A DNA stretch of 64,000 nt. It comes from a virus (lineage: Duplodnaviria > Heunggongvirae > Uroviricota > Caudoviricetes). The stretch spans positions 17,711 through 81,710 of the IMG/VR virus record IMGVR_UViG_3300022752_000033; one strand, written 5' to 3'. The notes beneath the pieces were generated by a model, which saw only the letters and a list, made by a program, of their open reading frames with translations, did not search any database and was not told the origin of the DNA. How positions within the stretch are numbered: position 1 is the first letter of the stretch; the number at the start of each line of letters is the position of its first letter. This document shows, one piece after another, positions 27,144 through 35,284 of the stretch. The translations under genes were made by a program, and so were the position numbers.

Positions 27144-27521
27144 TTATTTCTTGATTTTAAAGTTGTGTCCTAATTTATCTACCAATTCTTCCATTGTGTA
27201 TTCAGGTACCGGTTTCTTTATTTTAAAGTTAAAACCTAATTGATTTTCCAATTCTTCCATTGTGTATTCAGGAACGGCTTTTGGTCTATTGTCTCTGATA
27301 ATTCCATCACTATTTTCATAATAGATTTCATTTCCATTATCGTCATATTCGTATTTAATCCAATATCCATCACTCCTTTCATAATAGATTTCTCTTCCGT
27401 TATCGTCCCATTCTCTTTTATACCACCATCTATCACTCCTTTCAAAATAGATTTCTTTTCCCTTATCATCCCTGATGATGAATGGAAACTTTGTTACTTT
27501 TAATTGTTGAGCTATTGTCAT
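27144..27521 (-). CDS. tandem paralog 3 of a Tyr/Trp-rich repeat protein family (MORN-like repeats); C-terminal motif duplicated
   Basis: MTIAQQLKVTKFPF start; repeated G.EIY(F/Y)E.S(D/N)G.W.K.E(F/Y)DD.G units; C-terminal RPKAVPEYTMEEL..LG.NFKIKK present twice. Confidence 0.5.
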   Translation of the reverse strand: MTIAQQLKVTKFPFIIRDDKGKEIYFERSDRWWYKREWDDNGREIYYERSDGYWIKYEYDDNGNEIYYENSDGIIRDNRPKAVPEYTMEELENQLGFNFKIKKPVPEYTMEELVDKLGHNFKIKK

Positions 27522-27832
27522 TATTTCTTGATTTTAAAGTTGTGTCCTAATTTATCTACCAATTCTTCCATTGTATATTCAGGAACTGCTTTTGGTCTAT
27601 TGTCCTTGATAGTTCCATTACTATTTTCAAAATAGATTATATTTCCCTTATCGTCAAACTCTCTTTTAACCCATTCTCCATTACTGCTTTTATAACAGGT
27701 TGGATTTCCCTTATCATCATATTCGTACTTAGACCAAAATCCGGTACTTAGTTCATAATAGATTTCTTTTCCCGTGTCATCTTTAATTCTGAACGGAAAC
27801 TTTGTTACTTTTAATTGTTGTGCTATAGTCAT
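27521..27832 (-). CDS. tandem paralog 2 of the same family
   Basis: Same N- and C-terminal motifs. Confidence 0.5.
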   Translation of the reverse strand: MTIAQQLKVTKFPFRIKDDTGKEIYYELSTGFWSKYEYDDKGNPTCYKSSNGEWVKREFDDKGNIIYFENSNGTIKDNRPKAVPEYTMEELVDKLGHNFKIKK

Positions 27833-28146
27833 TATTTCTTGATTTTAAAGTTGTGTCCCAATTTAGCTGTTAATTCTTCCATTGTGTATTCAGGAACGGC
27901 TTTTGGTCTATTGTCCTTGATAACCCCATTACTATTATTTTCATAATAGATTACATTTCCTTTATCATCAAACTCTCTTTTACTCCACCATCCGTAACTA
28001 TTTTCAAAATAAATTTCTTGTCCTTTATCGTCAATCTCTCTTTTATACCACCATCCATCACTCTCTTCCCAATAGATTTGGTTTCCCGCATCATTCTTGA
28101 TGACGAATGGAAACTTTGTTACTTTTAATTGTTGTGCGATTGTCAT
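27832..28146 (-). CDS. tandem paralog 1 of the same family
   Basis: Same N- and C-terminal motifs. Confidence 0.5.
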   Translation of the reverse strand: MTIAQQLKVTKFPFVIKNDAGNQIYWEESDGWWYKREIDDKGQEIYFENSYGWWSKREFDDKGNVIYYENNSNGVIKDNRPKAVPEYTMEELTAKLGHNFKIKK

Positions 28147-28151
28147 ATGTT

Positions 28152-28391
28152 TTATTTTGAATTTTTTAATACTTCATCTATTGCAATACGAAGTTCGTTA
28201 AGGTCTGACCTTGTCATAAGTGGTATCATTATCTTATTAAACATTTTATCCCTTCTTTCTGCCCTACTATCTTCATCAGGGTAAATGTTATTATCCTCAA
28301 TAGATATGTAACCAACATCACCAACCAATCCGACTGAAACAATATGTCCATTTGAATAAGTTTGTCTTTGTGCCATCTTTGTCTTTATCAT
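28152..28391 (-). CDS. hypothetical small protein
   Basis: ORF only. Confidence 0.4.
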   Translation of the reverse strand: MIKTKMAQRQTYSNGHIVSVGLVGDVGYISIEDNNIYPDEDSRAERRDKMFNKIMIPLMTRSDLNELRIAIDEVLKNSK

Positions 28392-28396
28392 ATATT

Positions 28397-29260
28397 TTAT
28401 TTTTTCTTGATTAAATAATCTTTCACATTCATTCCCATCGTGGTTGCAATAACCTCCTTTGGTATTCTATACTCCACGTAATCGGAGTCATCCTTTAACA
28501 GGACTACAACACCACCATACAGGTTTAATCCTTCGTATTTACTACCCTCCAACATCTTCAGGAACAATTTACAATATAAAGGTAATTGTATTTGGTAATG
28601 CCCGAGTGCGTAATCATCCACAAAGTGATATGGTGATTTCATTTTCTTGGTATATTTGGTTGTTTGGAAGTTTTTTATTTTATTAGTTTTCCAATCTGTA
28701 ATCACCAACCCATAACTTGTTTTTTCTTTGTTCTCCATCAACCACAACTTGTCAGGTTGACCGGTAAACCCTAATTCAGGATGTCCCAATACCATCTCCG
28801 TATCAATTAACACCGCACCTCTTTCTTCCATCAATTTAAGGTATTTCTCTCCCGCCTGAACCATACTATCGCTCTTCTGTATTTGGAGTATATCACAATC
28901 AAAGATTGGTTGTCTAACCACCTTGTTAATGCCAAACATATCAAGAGATTTCTTCTCCAATATAAAGTGAGTTCTGCTACCCATATTGGTTGCATAATCA
29001 CCGGCGTCCGACCATTCCTTTAACAATCTTTCTTGTTCGTCAGGGTCTCCACCTGATTTCCGGTAAGAGATTCCTTGGGAGTCAAACTCATCATAAAAAT
29101 ACTTTAATACCTTTGATACAGATGGGAAGTCATTTCTAACTTTCCCATCCACATCTCTCATAAGGTATTCGTGTTTGTCCTCAAAAAACTCCAACCCCAA
29201 CTCTAATTGTTTCTGTGAAATAACATCCCTTATTTCTTGGGCTATATCTTTTAGGTTCAT
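28397..29260 (-). CDS. putative PD-(D/E)xK family nuclease (RecB/YqaJ-like)
   Basis: GQPDKLWL ... VITDWKT (D...D/ExK arrangement) followed by QIQLPLY (QxxxY motif seen in RecB-family nucleases). Confidence 0.4.
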   Translation of the reverse strand: MNLKDIAQEIRDVISQKQLELGLEFFEDKHEYLMRDVDGKVRNDFPSVSKVLKYFYDEFDSQGISYRKSGGDPDEQERLLKEWSDAGDYATNMGSRTHFILEKKSLDMFGINKVVRQPIFDCDILQIQKSDSMVQAGEKYLKLMEERGAVLIDTEMVLGHPELGFTGQPDKLWLMENKEKTSYGLVITDWKTNKIKNFQTTKYTKKMKSPYHFVDDYALGHYQIQLPLYCKLFLKMLEGSKYEGLNLYGGVVVLLKDDSDYVEYRIPKEVIATTMGMNVKDYLIKKK

Positions 29261-29271
29261 AATCTATTTTT

Positions 29272-29562
29272 TTAATTTTCGTCATTTACATCACTTATTT
29301 TATCTTCCACCTCTGTTATCTTCTGTTGGATATAGTCCTTCATCTCCGCAATTAAACCTATAAGGTTTTGTCTTTTTACGTGAAATTCCTCATCCTCTAT
29401 CTCCTCAAATGATGAATACTTTATAAAGCAATACTCAACACCTTCGGACTTGATACGATACCTCACCCCTTCCCACTTCTCCAATTCTTCTAATAATTTA
29501 TCTAGTTCCATATTGTAATTGTTATTGAATACAAAAATAAGAAATAATAAATTACCAACCAA
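29272..29562 (-). CDS. hypothetical small acidic protein
   Basis: ORF only. Confidence 0.4.
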   Translation of the reverse strand: MVGNLLFLIFVFNNNYNMELDKLLEELEKWEGVRYRIKSEGVEYCFIKYSSFEEIEDEEFHVKRQNLIGLIAEMKDYIQQKITEVEDKISDVNDEN

Positions 29563-29570
29563 ATATTTTA

Positions 29571-29618
29571 TAAAATAAAAAACCCCTCTATTCAGGGGGG
29601 TTATATATAATTTTTTTT
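29571..29618. terminator. bidirectional rho-independent terminator (CCCCTC-TATTCA-GGGGGG flanked by A-run and T-run)
   Basis: GC stem with an A8 run upstream and a T8 run downstream on the plus strand; lies 3' of the gene ending at 29628. Confidence 0.6.
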
Positions 29619-29627
29619 ATAATATTT

Positions 29628-29894
29628 TTAATACGTTTCCATTGGCCCACCAAAAGATTCTGCACCTATATCTCTCACAACACCATTTACACTATCAAGA
29701 ACGTTCATAGCGACCGCCTTACCATATTTTTTATAACAATCTTGAAGAATTTCAAAGATTTTATCACCATACTCATCTAACATATCTAATTCTGAATCCT
29801 CATCATCAAAGGAGAACTCCCTTGGTTCTTCCTTGATAATTTTTTTTACTAATCTTGTTAAATCATTTTCGGTTAATCTTACTATTTTTGTCAT
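29628..29894 (-). CDS. small protein, paralog of 29966..30301 (shared N-terminal M.KI.RLTENDLTRLV)
   Basis: The ORF-track start at 29960 is TTG; the ATG at 29894 gives MTKIVRLTENDL matching the paralog. Confidence 0.45.
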   Translation of the reverse strand: MTKIVRLTENDLTRLVKKIIKEEPREFSFDDEDSELDMLDEYGDKIFEILQDCYKKYGKAVAMNVLDSVNGVVRDIGAESFGGPMETY

Positions 29895-29965
29895 AATTAT
29901 TTTTTTATTATAAATATCTTTATTCTGGTGAATTTTTATCCATTGCGTATAGTTTAGCAAGTTTC

Positions 29966-30301
29966 TTAAACATCATCATAATCTTCATCATCATCTTCTT
30001 CATCACCAACAAGAGAATAATTTATTTCATCTAGTATTACATTTACAGGAAATGATTCACCATCCTCATTGTGAAACTTTCCATCTTCATATTCAGATAG
30101 TTTTGAAGCATCCCCCATAACATCAGGGAATACATACTCATTCCACATACTAATAATTTCTTTCGGTGACGCCGAACCACCCACTTCAGATTTTAATCCT
30201 TTAAATTTATTTGGAATTTTAATATTATCTTTACCCTCATTAATTACTCTTCTAACCAATCTTGTTAAATCATTTTCGGTTAATCTAATTATTTTTTTCA
30301 T
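29966..30301 (-). CDS. small acidic protein, paralog of 29628..29894
   Basis: MKKIIRLTENDLTRLVRRV...; acidic C-terminus. Confidence 0.45.
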   Translation of the reverse strand: MKKIIRLTENDLTRLVRRVINEGKDNIKIPNKFKGLKSEVGGSASPKEIISMWNEYVFPDVMGDASKLSEYEDGKFHNEDGESFPVNVILDEINYSLVGDEEDDDEDYDDV

Positions 30302-30325
30302 ATTATTTTTTTATTATAAATATAT

Positions 30326-31441
30326 TTATTCTGGTGAATTTTTAGCCATTGCGTATAACTTGGCGAGTTTCTTAAACATCATCGTGGCGACTCGGTGGAA
30401 ATACTTCTCCTCATCCCTAAAATAAGATTCATAATCCGAACCATATTTTGATACTTGTGATACATACTTATTAAAGAATTTTTCTTTATCTCCCTGTAAT
30501 CCAAACATCATTTCCGCAAAACTATTCGTCAAATATTCTTGCATTAACATTTTTTTATTTTTAGTTATATTAACAATTAACAACGTTAAAAATTTATCAA
30601 CAATCTCATCATCTTCCTCACCACTATAATCAATGTTATTAAAATCTAACATTTGTTTTATCTTATCAACATTTTCACTTAAATTCATTTTTTCTAAAAA
30701 CTCATCATAACTGAAATTTTGTATCGTTTTTAATCTTTGGATTATCTCCGTGTTTAAGAAAAACTTTAAGAACTCCTTTCTTGATACATTATTGATTCTC
30801 ATTTCAGCTGCCAGTTCTGTTGGTCTAACAGCGTTCTCAACCGCATGAATGAAATATACGTTATATAAAAACTCATTAACCTCAGAAATAAAACCGAAAA
30901 TATTTCTTTGTTGTTGTATTGTAGAATATCCCGCTCTTTGATGTAATGGTTCCGTCTTTTGTTTAACATCCTTGAATGCATGCATTATTTCGTGAGATAA
31001 TGATGATATGTCTTGGTTCCTATATTTTTTAAGGTAATCTGTGATTTCCTCAACCCCTTTTCCGGGTTCAATATAAAACTTAAAACCTATGATAATTTCC
31101 TGTGGGTTTCTAACGCTCCTAAATACCAATCTTTTATCAAGTTCCGATTCATTCTCCGAACTCATTCCACCCATATCAACATTTTTTGCTTTAGGATGTT
31201 CCTCAATATCAAACTTAACTTTTACCCTATTAAAGGTGTGCCCTCCTATTGTAAATTCGTGATTAATCTCAAACCCATCATTATTCAGGTCTTCAATATC
31301 ACCATTAAAATCATCCAACTCTTGGACTATCAAATCATAAACCTCTTCTCCGGCATCAAGTATTCCTTCCGGAACTCCCAACGCTTCTTCCATCTCACCT
31401 TTAATTCTTTTTAATTGTTCTTCTGTTATTATAATTTTCAT
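30326..31441 (-). CDS. putative zinc metallopeptidase-like protein (HExxH)
   Basis: LSHEIMHAFKD contains HExxH in a plausible helical context; otherwise unassigned. Confidence 0.3.
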   Translation of the reverse strand: MKIIITEEQLKRIKGEMEEALGVPEGILDAGEEVYDLIVQELDDFNGDIEDLNNDGFEINHEFTIGGHTFNRVKVKFDIEEHPKAKNVDMGGMSSENESELDKRLVFRSVRNPQEIIIGFKFYIEPGKGVEEITDYLKKYRNQDISSLSHEIMHAFKDVKQKTEPLHQRAGYSTIQQQRNIFGFISEVNEFLYNVYFIHAVENAVRPTELAAEMRINNVSRKEFLKFFLNTEIIQRLKTIQNFSYDEFLEKMNLSENVDKIKQMLDFNNIDYSGEEDDEIVDKFLTLLIVNITKNKKMLMQEYLTNSFAEMMFGLQGDKEKFFNKYVSQVSKYGSDYESYFRDEEKYFHRVATMMFKKLAKLYAMAKNSPE

Positions 31442-31460
31442 AATATATAAATACCTTTAT

Positions 31461-31491
31461 AAAATAAAAAACCCCATCCTAAGATGAGGTT
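31461..31491 (-). terminator. rho-independent terminator downstream of the SPFH gene
   Basis: Minus strand: AACCTCATC-TTAG-GATGGGGTT (9 bp, one G-U pair) followed by TTTTTTATTTTAT. Confidence 0.55.
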
Positions 31492-31522
31492 CTTGCCGTG
31501 GCTCCACCCTTACGGGATTATA

Positions 31523-32473
31523 TTATGGTAAACTAACTAAAGTATTACTATTACTTCCAAGAACAGTAGTTGGAACATCTCCCTTCCATTTTTGGACTTT
31601 CAAGTAATCAATATATAGTGGTGTTAAGTATTGTTGTTCCTTCTTAACGGCTTCAGCTCTACCTGCGGCTGATATAACTGCCTGTGCGGAATCACCTTTT
31701 GCCTTCGCAATCTGTGTTTGTGCCTGTGCCTCAGCAACTATCTTTTGTTGTATTGCTGCTTGTGCCTCCTGAACTGCGGCTGTCTTGGCGTTAATTGCTT
31801 GTGTAATCTCCTTTGGTGGAACGATGTTTGTTCTCAATTGAGACACATTAAACCACTTACTTACACGTTTGTTACACTCTTTAACAATGTCCGCTTCAAA
31901 CTCAGCCCTGTGGTTAAAAATACTATCTACGGTATATAAGTTGGCAATATCATTAACTGCCCCGATGATTGCGTTTTTAAGCCAAGTGTCCTTAATTTGG
32001 TCTACGTCCTGTTTCAAGTTCTGATACATATCAGCGGCGTTTCCCGGATTAACAGACCAGTTAAAACTTGGTTTGATGATAGCTTGGAATCCGCCTCTTG
32101 TGATAATTGATGTCTCTTCATAGTCAATGTGTTGCTGTGTCACAGGGAACTCTTTGATACGAGACAACCAATTGTTGTAGAACACCCAACCCGTAACGTA
32201 AGCTGTTTTACTTACTCCTCGTTCATCACCGGTGTTGTTTACTTTAAGTCCAACATTACCAACGTCAATACGTTCTACTGTAATTGGATTAATCATACCG
32301 ATAATAAATGAAACTAATACAACAACAACTGCTTTAATAACTAATGGTGTGTTGAGTTTGGTTTCTCTACCATACCTCGTTTCTACCTCTGAGGTGTAGT
32401 TTTTGATGTTAAATACTCCGAAGCTTGTTCCTAGAATAAGCATCGCTAAAATAAATGTTAATAAGAAAATCAT
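31523..32473 (-). CDS. SPFH/band-7 (stomatin/prohibitin/HflK-like) membrane protein
   Basis: N-terminal transmembrane helix, then a band-7 core and an Ala/Gln/Glu-rich C-terminal coiled region (AAVQEAQAAIQQKIVAEAQAQTQIAKAKGDSAQAVISAAGRAEA). G+C is visibly above the flanks. Confidence 0.55.
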   Translation of the reverse strand: MIFLLTFILAMLILGTSFGVFNIKNYTSEVETRYGRETKLNTPLVIKAVVVVLVSFIIGMINPITVERIDVGNVGLKVNNTGDERGVSKTAYVTGWVFYNNWLSRIKEFPVTQQHIDYEETSIITRGGFQAIIKPSFNWSVNPGNAADMYQNLKQDVDQIKDTWLKNAIIGAVNDIANLYTVDSIFNHRAEFEADIVKECNKRVSKWFNVSQLRTNIVPPKEITQAINAKTAAVQEAQAAIQQKIVAEAQAQTQIAKAKGDSAQAVISAAGRAEAVKKEQQYLTPLYIDYLKVQKWKGDVPTTVLGSNSNTLVSLP

Positions 32474-32476
32474 AAT

Positions 32477-32671
32477 CTATATTTGGTTTTTGGTTACTAA
32501 ATTGCGAACGTGGTAAATAATACTAAAGATAATTAAAGTTATCAATATTGCCCCACCAACGATTAAAAATATATCGTTTCTCTCGGACATAAAATCTCCA
32601 ATAAAATCAACGGCGATTGCCGATAATGATAAATGAACTATAAGTCCCATAAGTTTAAACGCTAGTTTCAT
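32477..32671 (-). CDS. small two-transmembrane-helix membrane protein
   Basis: 64 aa with two hydrophobic helices; directly upstream of and co-oriented with the SPFH gene. Confidence 0.4.
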   Translation of the reverse strand: MKLAFKLMGLIVHLSLSAIAVDFIGDFMSERNDIFLIVGGAILITLIIFSIIYHVRNLVTKNQI

Positions 32672-32729
32672 ATTTTGATTGTTTTGTGATTACAAAGATA
32701 AGGTTAATTTTGGTTCTGCCAAAATTTAT

Positions 32730-33152
32730 TTATTTATTTTTTATTATTTCAATTAATTTCTTTAGACAAGCAAGTTCTGCTTCTTCGTAAGTATAAGTTC
32801 CATCAGTATCAAATAATACACCATCTCCACCACAGATTATTATATACCATTCTAAACCTGTAACATAGTTATCAGGATAGGATTTTTTAAATATTATGGA
32901 TGAATAAAGTCCATGATTTTTTCTAAACCATCTAAATGCTTGTTGGTATAGTGGTGCTTTACATATTTCTTTCATAAATGATTCAGAATTAAAATCTTTA
33001 GAAATCATTTCTGATATACTAACACCAAGTCTATTATAATCTTCTACTGTTTGTAATACTCCACTTGAAGTATAATGACCCCAACATGGTTCATCAAACC
33101 CAAGTTCTTTAAGTTCTAATGCTGTGCTATAATCTACAAACTCTTTGTTCAT
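32730..33152 (-). CDS. hypothetical protein
   Basis: ORF only. Confidence 0.45.
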   Translation of the reverse strand: MNKEFVDYSTALELKELGFDEPCWGHYTSSGVLQTVEDYNRLGVSISEMISKDFNSESFMKEICKAPLYQQAFRWFRKNHGLYSSIIFKKSYPDNYVTGLEWYIIICGGDGVLFDTDGTYTYEEAELACLKKLIEIIKNK

Positions 33153-33180
33153 AATATTTAGTTTTTAAATGTTTTAAAAT

Positions 33181-33210
33181 TAAGGAATAGAAAGGGGCAG
33201 CTACTCCCCT
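33181..33210 (-). terminator. rho-independent terminator closing the structured-RNA cluster
   Basis: Minus strand: GGGG-AGTAGCTG-CCCC followed by TTTCTATTCC. Confidence 0.45.
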
Positions 33211-33631
33211 CTCAATGTTTCTACTTCTGAATATGCTGATTAAGTTAACATCTTCTAAGCACTCAATACGTGCAGTGATTAAATTATTACCAAAGCCGAT
33301 GACCCCGAACAGACGGAAACCGATTTCCCTCTGTTATCAGAAACCCTTGATAATCAAGCAAAAAGCCGTCTGAAAGCTCTTGCCGTTTTCAATTTTCGTT
33401 CCTAGAGGTGAGGCCTTTATCATCATCAAACAAACAAACTATTTACTATACGTTTCCTAAATCAGCATATAATGCAGATGCAGGCATCATTAAGTTAACA
33501 TCACAGCAGGAAGTTCATTTTCGTCTATTATTCCTCTTTGGTCTTTTCCTTACCCCTTACCACCTACATTGCCATTCTGATGTTACTGTCAGATGCTTAC
33601 TATATTACTATAGAGTAGATGATACATTAAG

Positions 33632-33765
33632 CAGCCAGGGTTGGACTTGAACCGAATACCGTTCAAGACGGATTAGACAACCTTACGACGCAACGGCCAC
33701 CCTAGTATCGGTAACCGCCAATCTTGGGGATTCGGGAACCACTCCCTCATTACGCCCACCTGACT
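33632..33765 (-). ncRNA. tRNA-like structured RNA (about 134 nt), non-canonical
   Basis: Shares the 5' leader AATAGTCAGGTGG with the two tRNA-like genes below and ends in GGTTCAAGTCC...CCTGGCTG. No clean cloverleaf could be drawn by hand. Confidence 0.25.
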
Positions 33766-33889
33766 ATTTTTAAGAACTTAAATGTGCTACCGTTACACTA
33801 ACCTTGGGTCTCGAACCCATATCTCCCGTTACCGGGTGTTTTACCACTTAAACTATCACCGGTGACTCGAACACCGGACTTTTTATGTG

Positions 33890-33989
33890 TAGTCAGGACA
33901 AGATTTGAACTTGTATGAAGTATCTTAGGCATATTTCGTCATGATTAATACTTCTCACCGTGTGCGTCTACCAATTCCGCCACCTGACT
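33890..33989 (-). tRNA. tRNA-like gene copy 2 (type-II-like D-arm, canonical T-arm, oversized central region)
   Basis: 5' AGTCAGG-TG-GCG-GAATTGGTAGA-CGC ... ACAAG-TTCAAAT-CTTGT-CCTGACT-A. The 7-bp acceptor is fully Watson-Crick. The central 50 nt do not form a standard anticodon arm. Confidence 0.4.
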
Positions 33990-33995
33990 ATTTAA

Positions 33996-34212
33996 TTATT
34001 TACTTTCTCTTCCATCACCATCAATATACAATACCTTTACAGGTTTTTCATCACCTAATATTACTATTGTATCATATTCACCATCTTCATTTACTTTACC
34101 CGTCCATCCTTTTTCTGTCGGCCAAATTTCATATCCATATTCATAACAAAGAGCATCAATTTTGTTAAGAAACTCTTCCATCTTTGGACTTATTTTATCT
34201 TCTCCCATATTT
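33996..34212 (-). CDS. small protein (72 aa) wedged between the two tRNA-like genes
   Basis: MGEDKISPKMEEFLNKIDAL...; fits exactly between the RNA 3' end at 34222 and the RNA 5' end at 33989. Confidence 0.4.
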
Positions 34213-34221
34213 TGTTTTTTG

Positions 34222-34315
34222 TAGCCAGGACAGGATTTGAACCTGTAAGCTTTTTGCCTTAACAAAGGTATCGGACAGAGAATCCAAAAGCGTCTACCAA
34301 TTCCGCCACCTGACT
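34222..34315 (-). tRNA. tRNA-like gene copy 1
   Basis: Identical 26-nt 5' end (acceptor plus D-arm) to copy 2. T-arm ACAGG-TTCAAAT-CCTGT and acceptor 3' strand CCTGGCT. The compensatory changes relative to copy 2 support a real RNA helix. Confidence 0.4.
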
Positions 34316-34516
34316 ATTTTAACAGCGTCACTACTATATGCAGTTACCTACCATATCCTTCCTTTCGTAAGTAAGTAGGAGATTTAAAAATCTCAATGGT
34401 ATGTTTTTGAGGATGAGAAATCCTCTGTGTTGCCTAAAGTCTGATACCTGTTCATTTAGTGATTTACTACCAGGTCAAATTACCTTTCCTTTCTCAAGGG
34501 AACAACACATTTATTT

Positions 34517-34996
34517 TTAGTTCTGAACGAACGCTTTGTCCGACCAAGTTTTTGCCCCCATTCTACCCCACAATTCCATATCACACATATCAGGATGTGA
34601 TTGTCTCATATCGCCCACAGTCAACACATCCATAAACCCTTTATCAATTGAATACCACTTACCACCTTTGGTTGTAAATACGTTCACCCAAAGTTCACGT
34701 CCATCCTCATAAGTCAATTTAACTTGAATGTTAACCAAACAATTTTTCTTGAACCCTGAAATCATTTCTTTCGGTGTTGTAGTCCAATCAGAGATACTGA
34801 TGAACCCTGCCTGACATTTAGCGGCTATTCGGAAGTCATAGTTTTTATTCAAATCTTTGATATGGTTAGAAACCATAATACTACAAGGTTTTCCTTTAAC
34901 CATTGTCTTGTAATTTCCGTAGAATACGTCACCGGACATTGTCCCGGTTGTAAGTTCAATTACTGATGTTGTTGGGGTGGTGGTAGTTGTTGTCAT
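34517..34996 (-). CDS. hypothetical protein
   Basis: ORF only; N-terminal Thr run. Confidence 0.45.
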   Translation of the reverse strand: MTTTTTTPTTSVIELTTGTMSGDVFYGNYKTMVKGKPCSIMVSNHIKDLNKNYDFRIAAKCQAGFISISDWTTTPKEMISGFKKNCLVNIQVKLTYEDGRELWVNVFTTKGGKWYSIDKGFMDVLTVGDMRQSHPDMCDMELWGRMGAKTWSDKAFVQN

Positions 34997-35046
34997 ATAT
35001 TTGTTTTAGAATGTAAAGATAAGGGGTTATTATTTATCAGCCAAAT

Positions 35047-35229
35047 TTATTTTTTATTTTCCACTTTCTCAACCCAATTTTTAAGTAAATTCCACTCATA
35101 AACTTCGTCCGGTGATTTACATATCACACTAAATTTAGAACTTCTAGTAACTACCGCTAATCTTCCTTCGTATTCTCCCGATAATACTCTAACCATCGTC
35201 CCCTTTTTGAATGAAATTGTTTTAGTCAT
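35047..35229 (-). CDS. hypothetical small protein
   Basis: ORF only. Confidence 0.35.
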   Translation of the reverse strand: MTKTISFKKGTMVRVLSGEYEGRLAVVTRSSKFSVICKSPDEVYEWNLLKNWVEKVENKK

Positions 35230-35284
35230 ATATTTGGTTGTTTTGTGAATACAAAGATATACATTCCCAAAATACCAGCCAAAT

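Larger units (their letters stand above)
27144..28146 (-). repeat. three-unit direct tandem gene array (units about 312-378 bp)
   Basis: Nucleotide-level similarity is visible at each unit start (atgacaatagctcaacaattaaaagtaacaaagtttcc) and end. Confidence 0.6.

Noticed and set aside
33408-33650. Plus-strand 80-aa ORF in the GC-rich non-coding segment
   Set aside because: It lies in a structured-RNA-like region on the strand opposite to all local transcription signals. It has an improbable composition and overlaps the tRNA-like element.
33766-33889. Two further TΨC-like hairpins (CCGGTG-TTCGAGT-CACCGG; TGGG-TTCGAGA-CCCA) and a D-arm-like GTTT-AAGTGGTA-AAAC as additional tRNAs
   Set aside because: I could not assemble acceptor stems that pair, in either linear or simple permuted order. 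Left as part of the tRNA-like cluster finding rather than called as genes.
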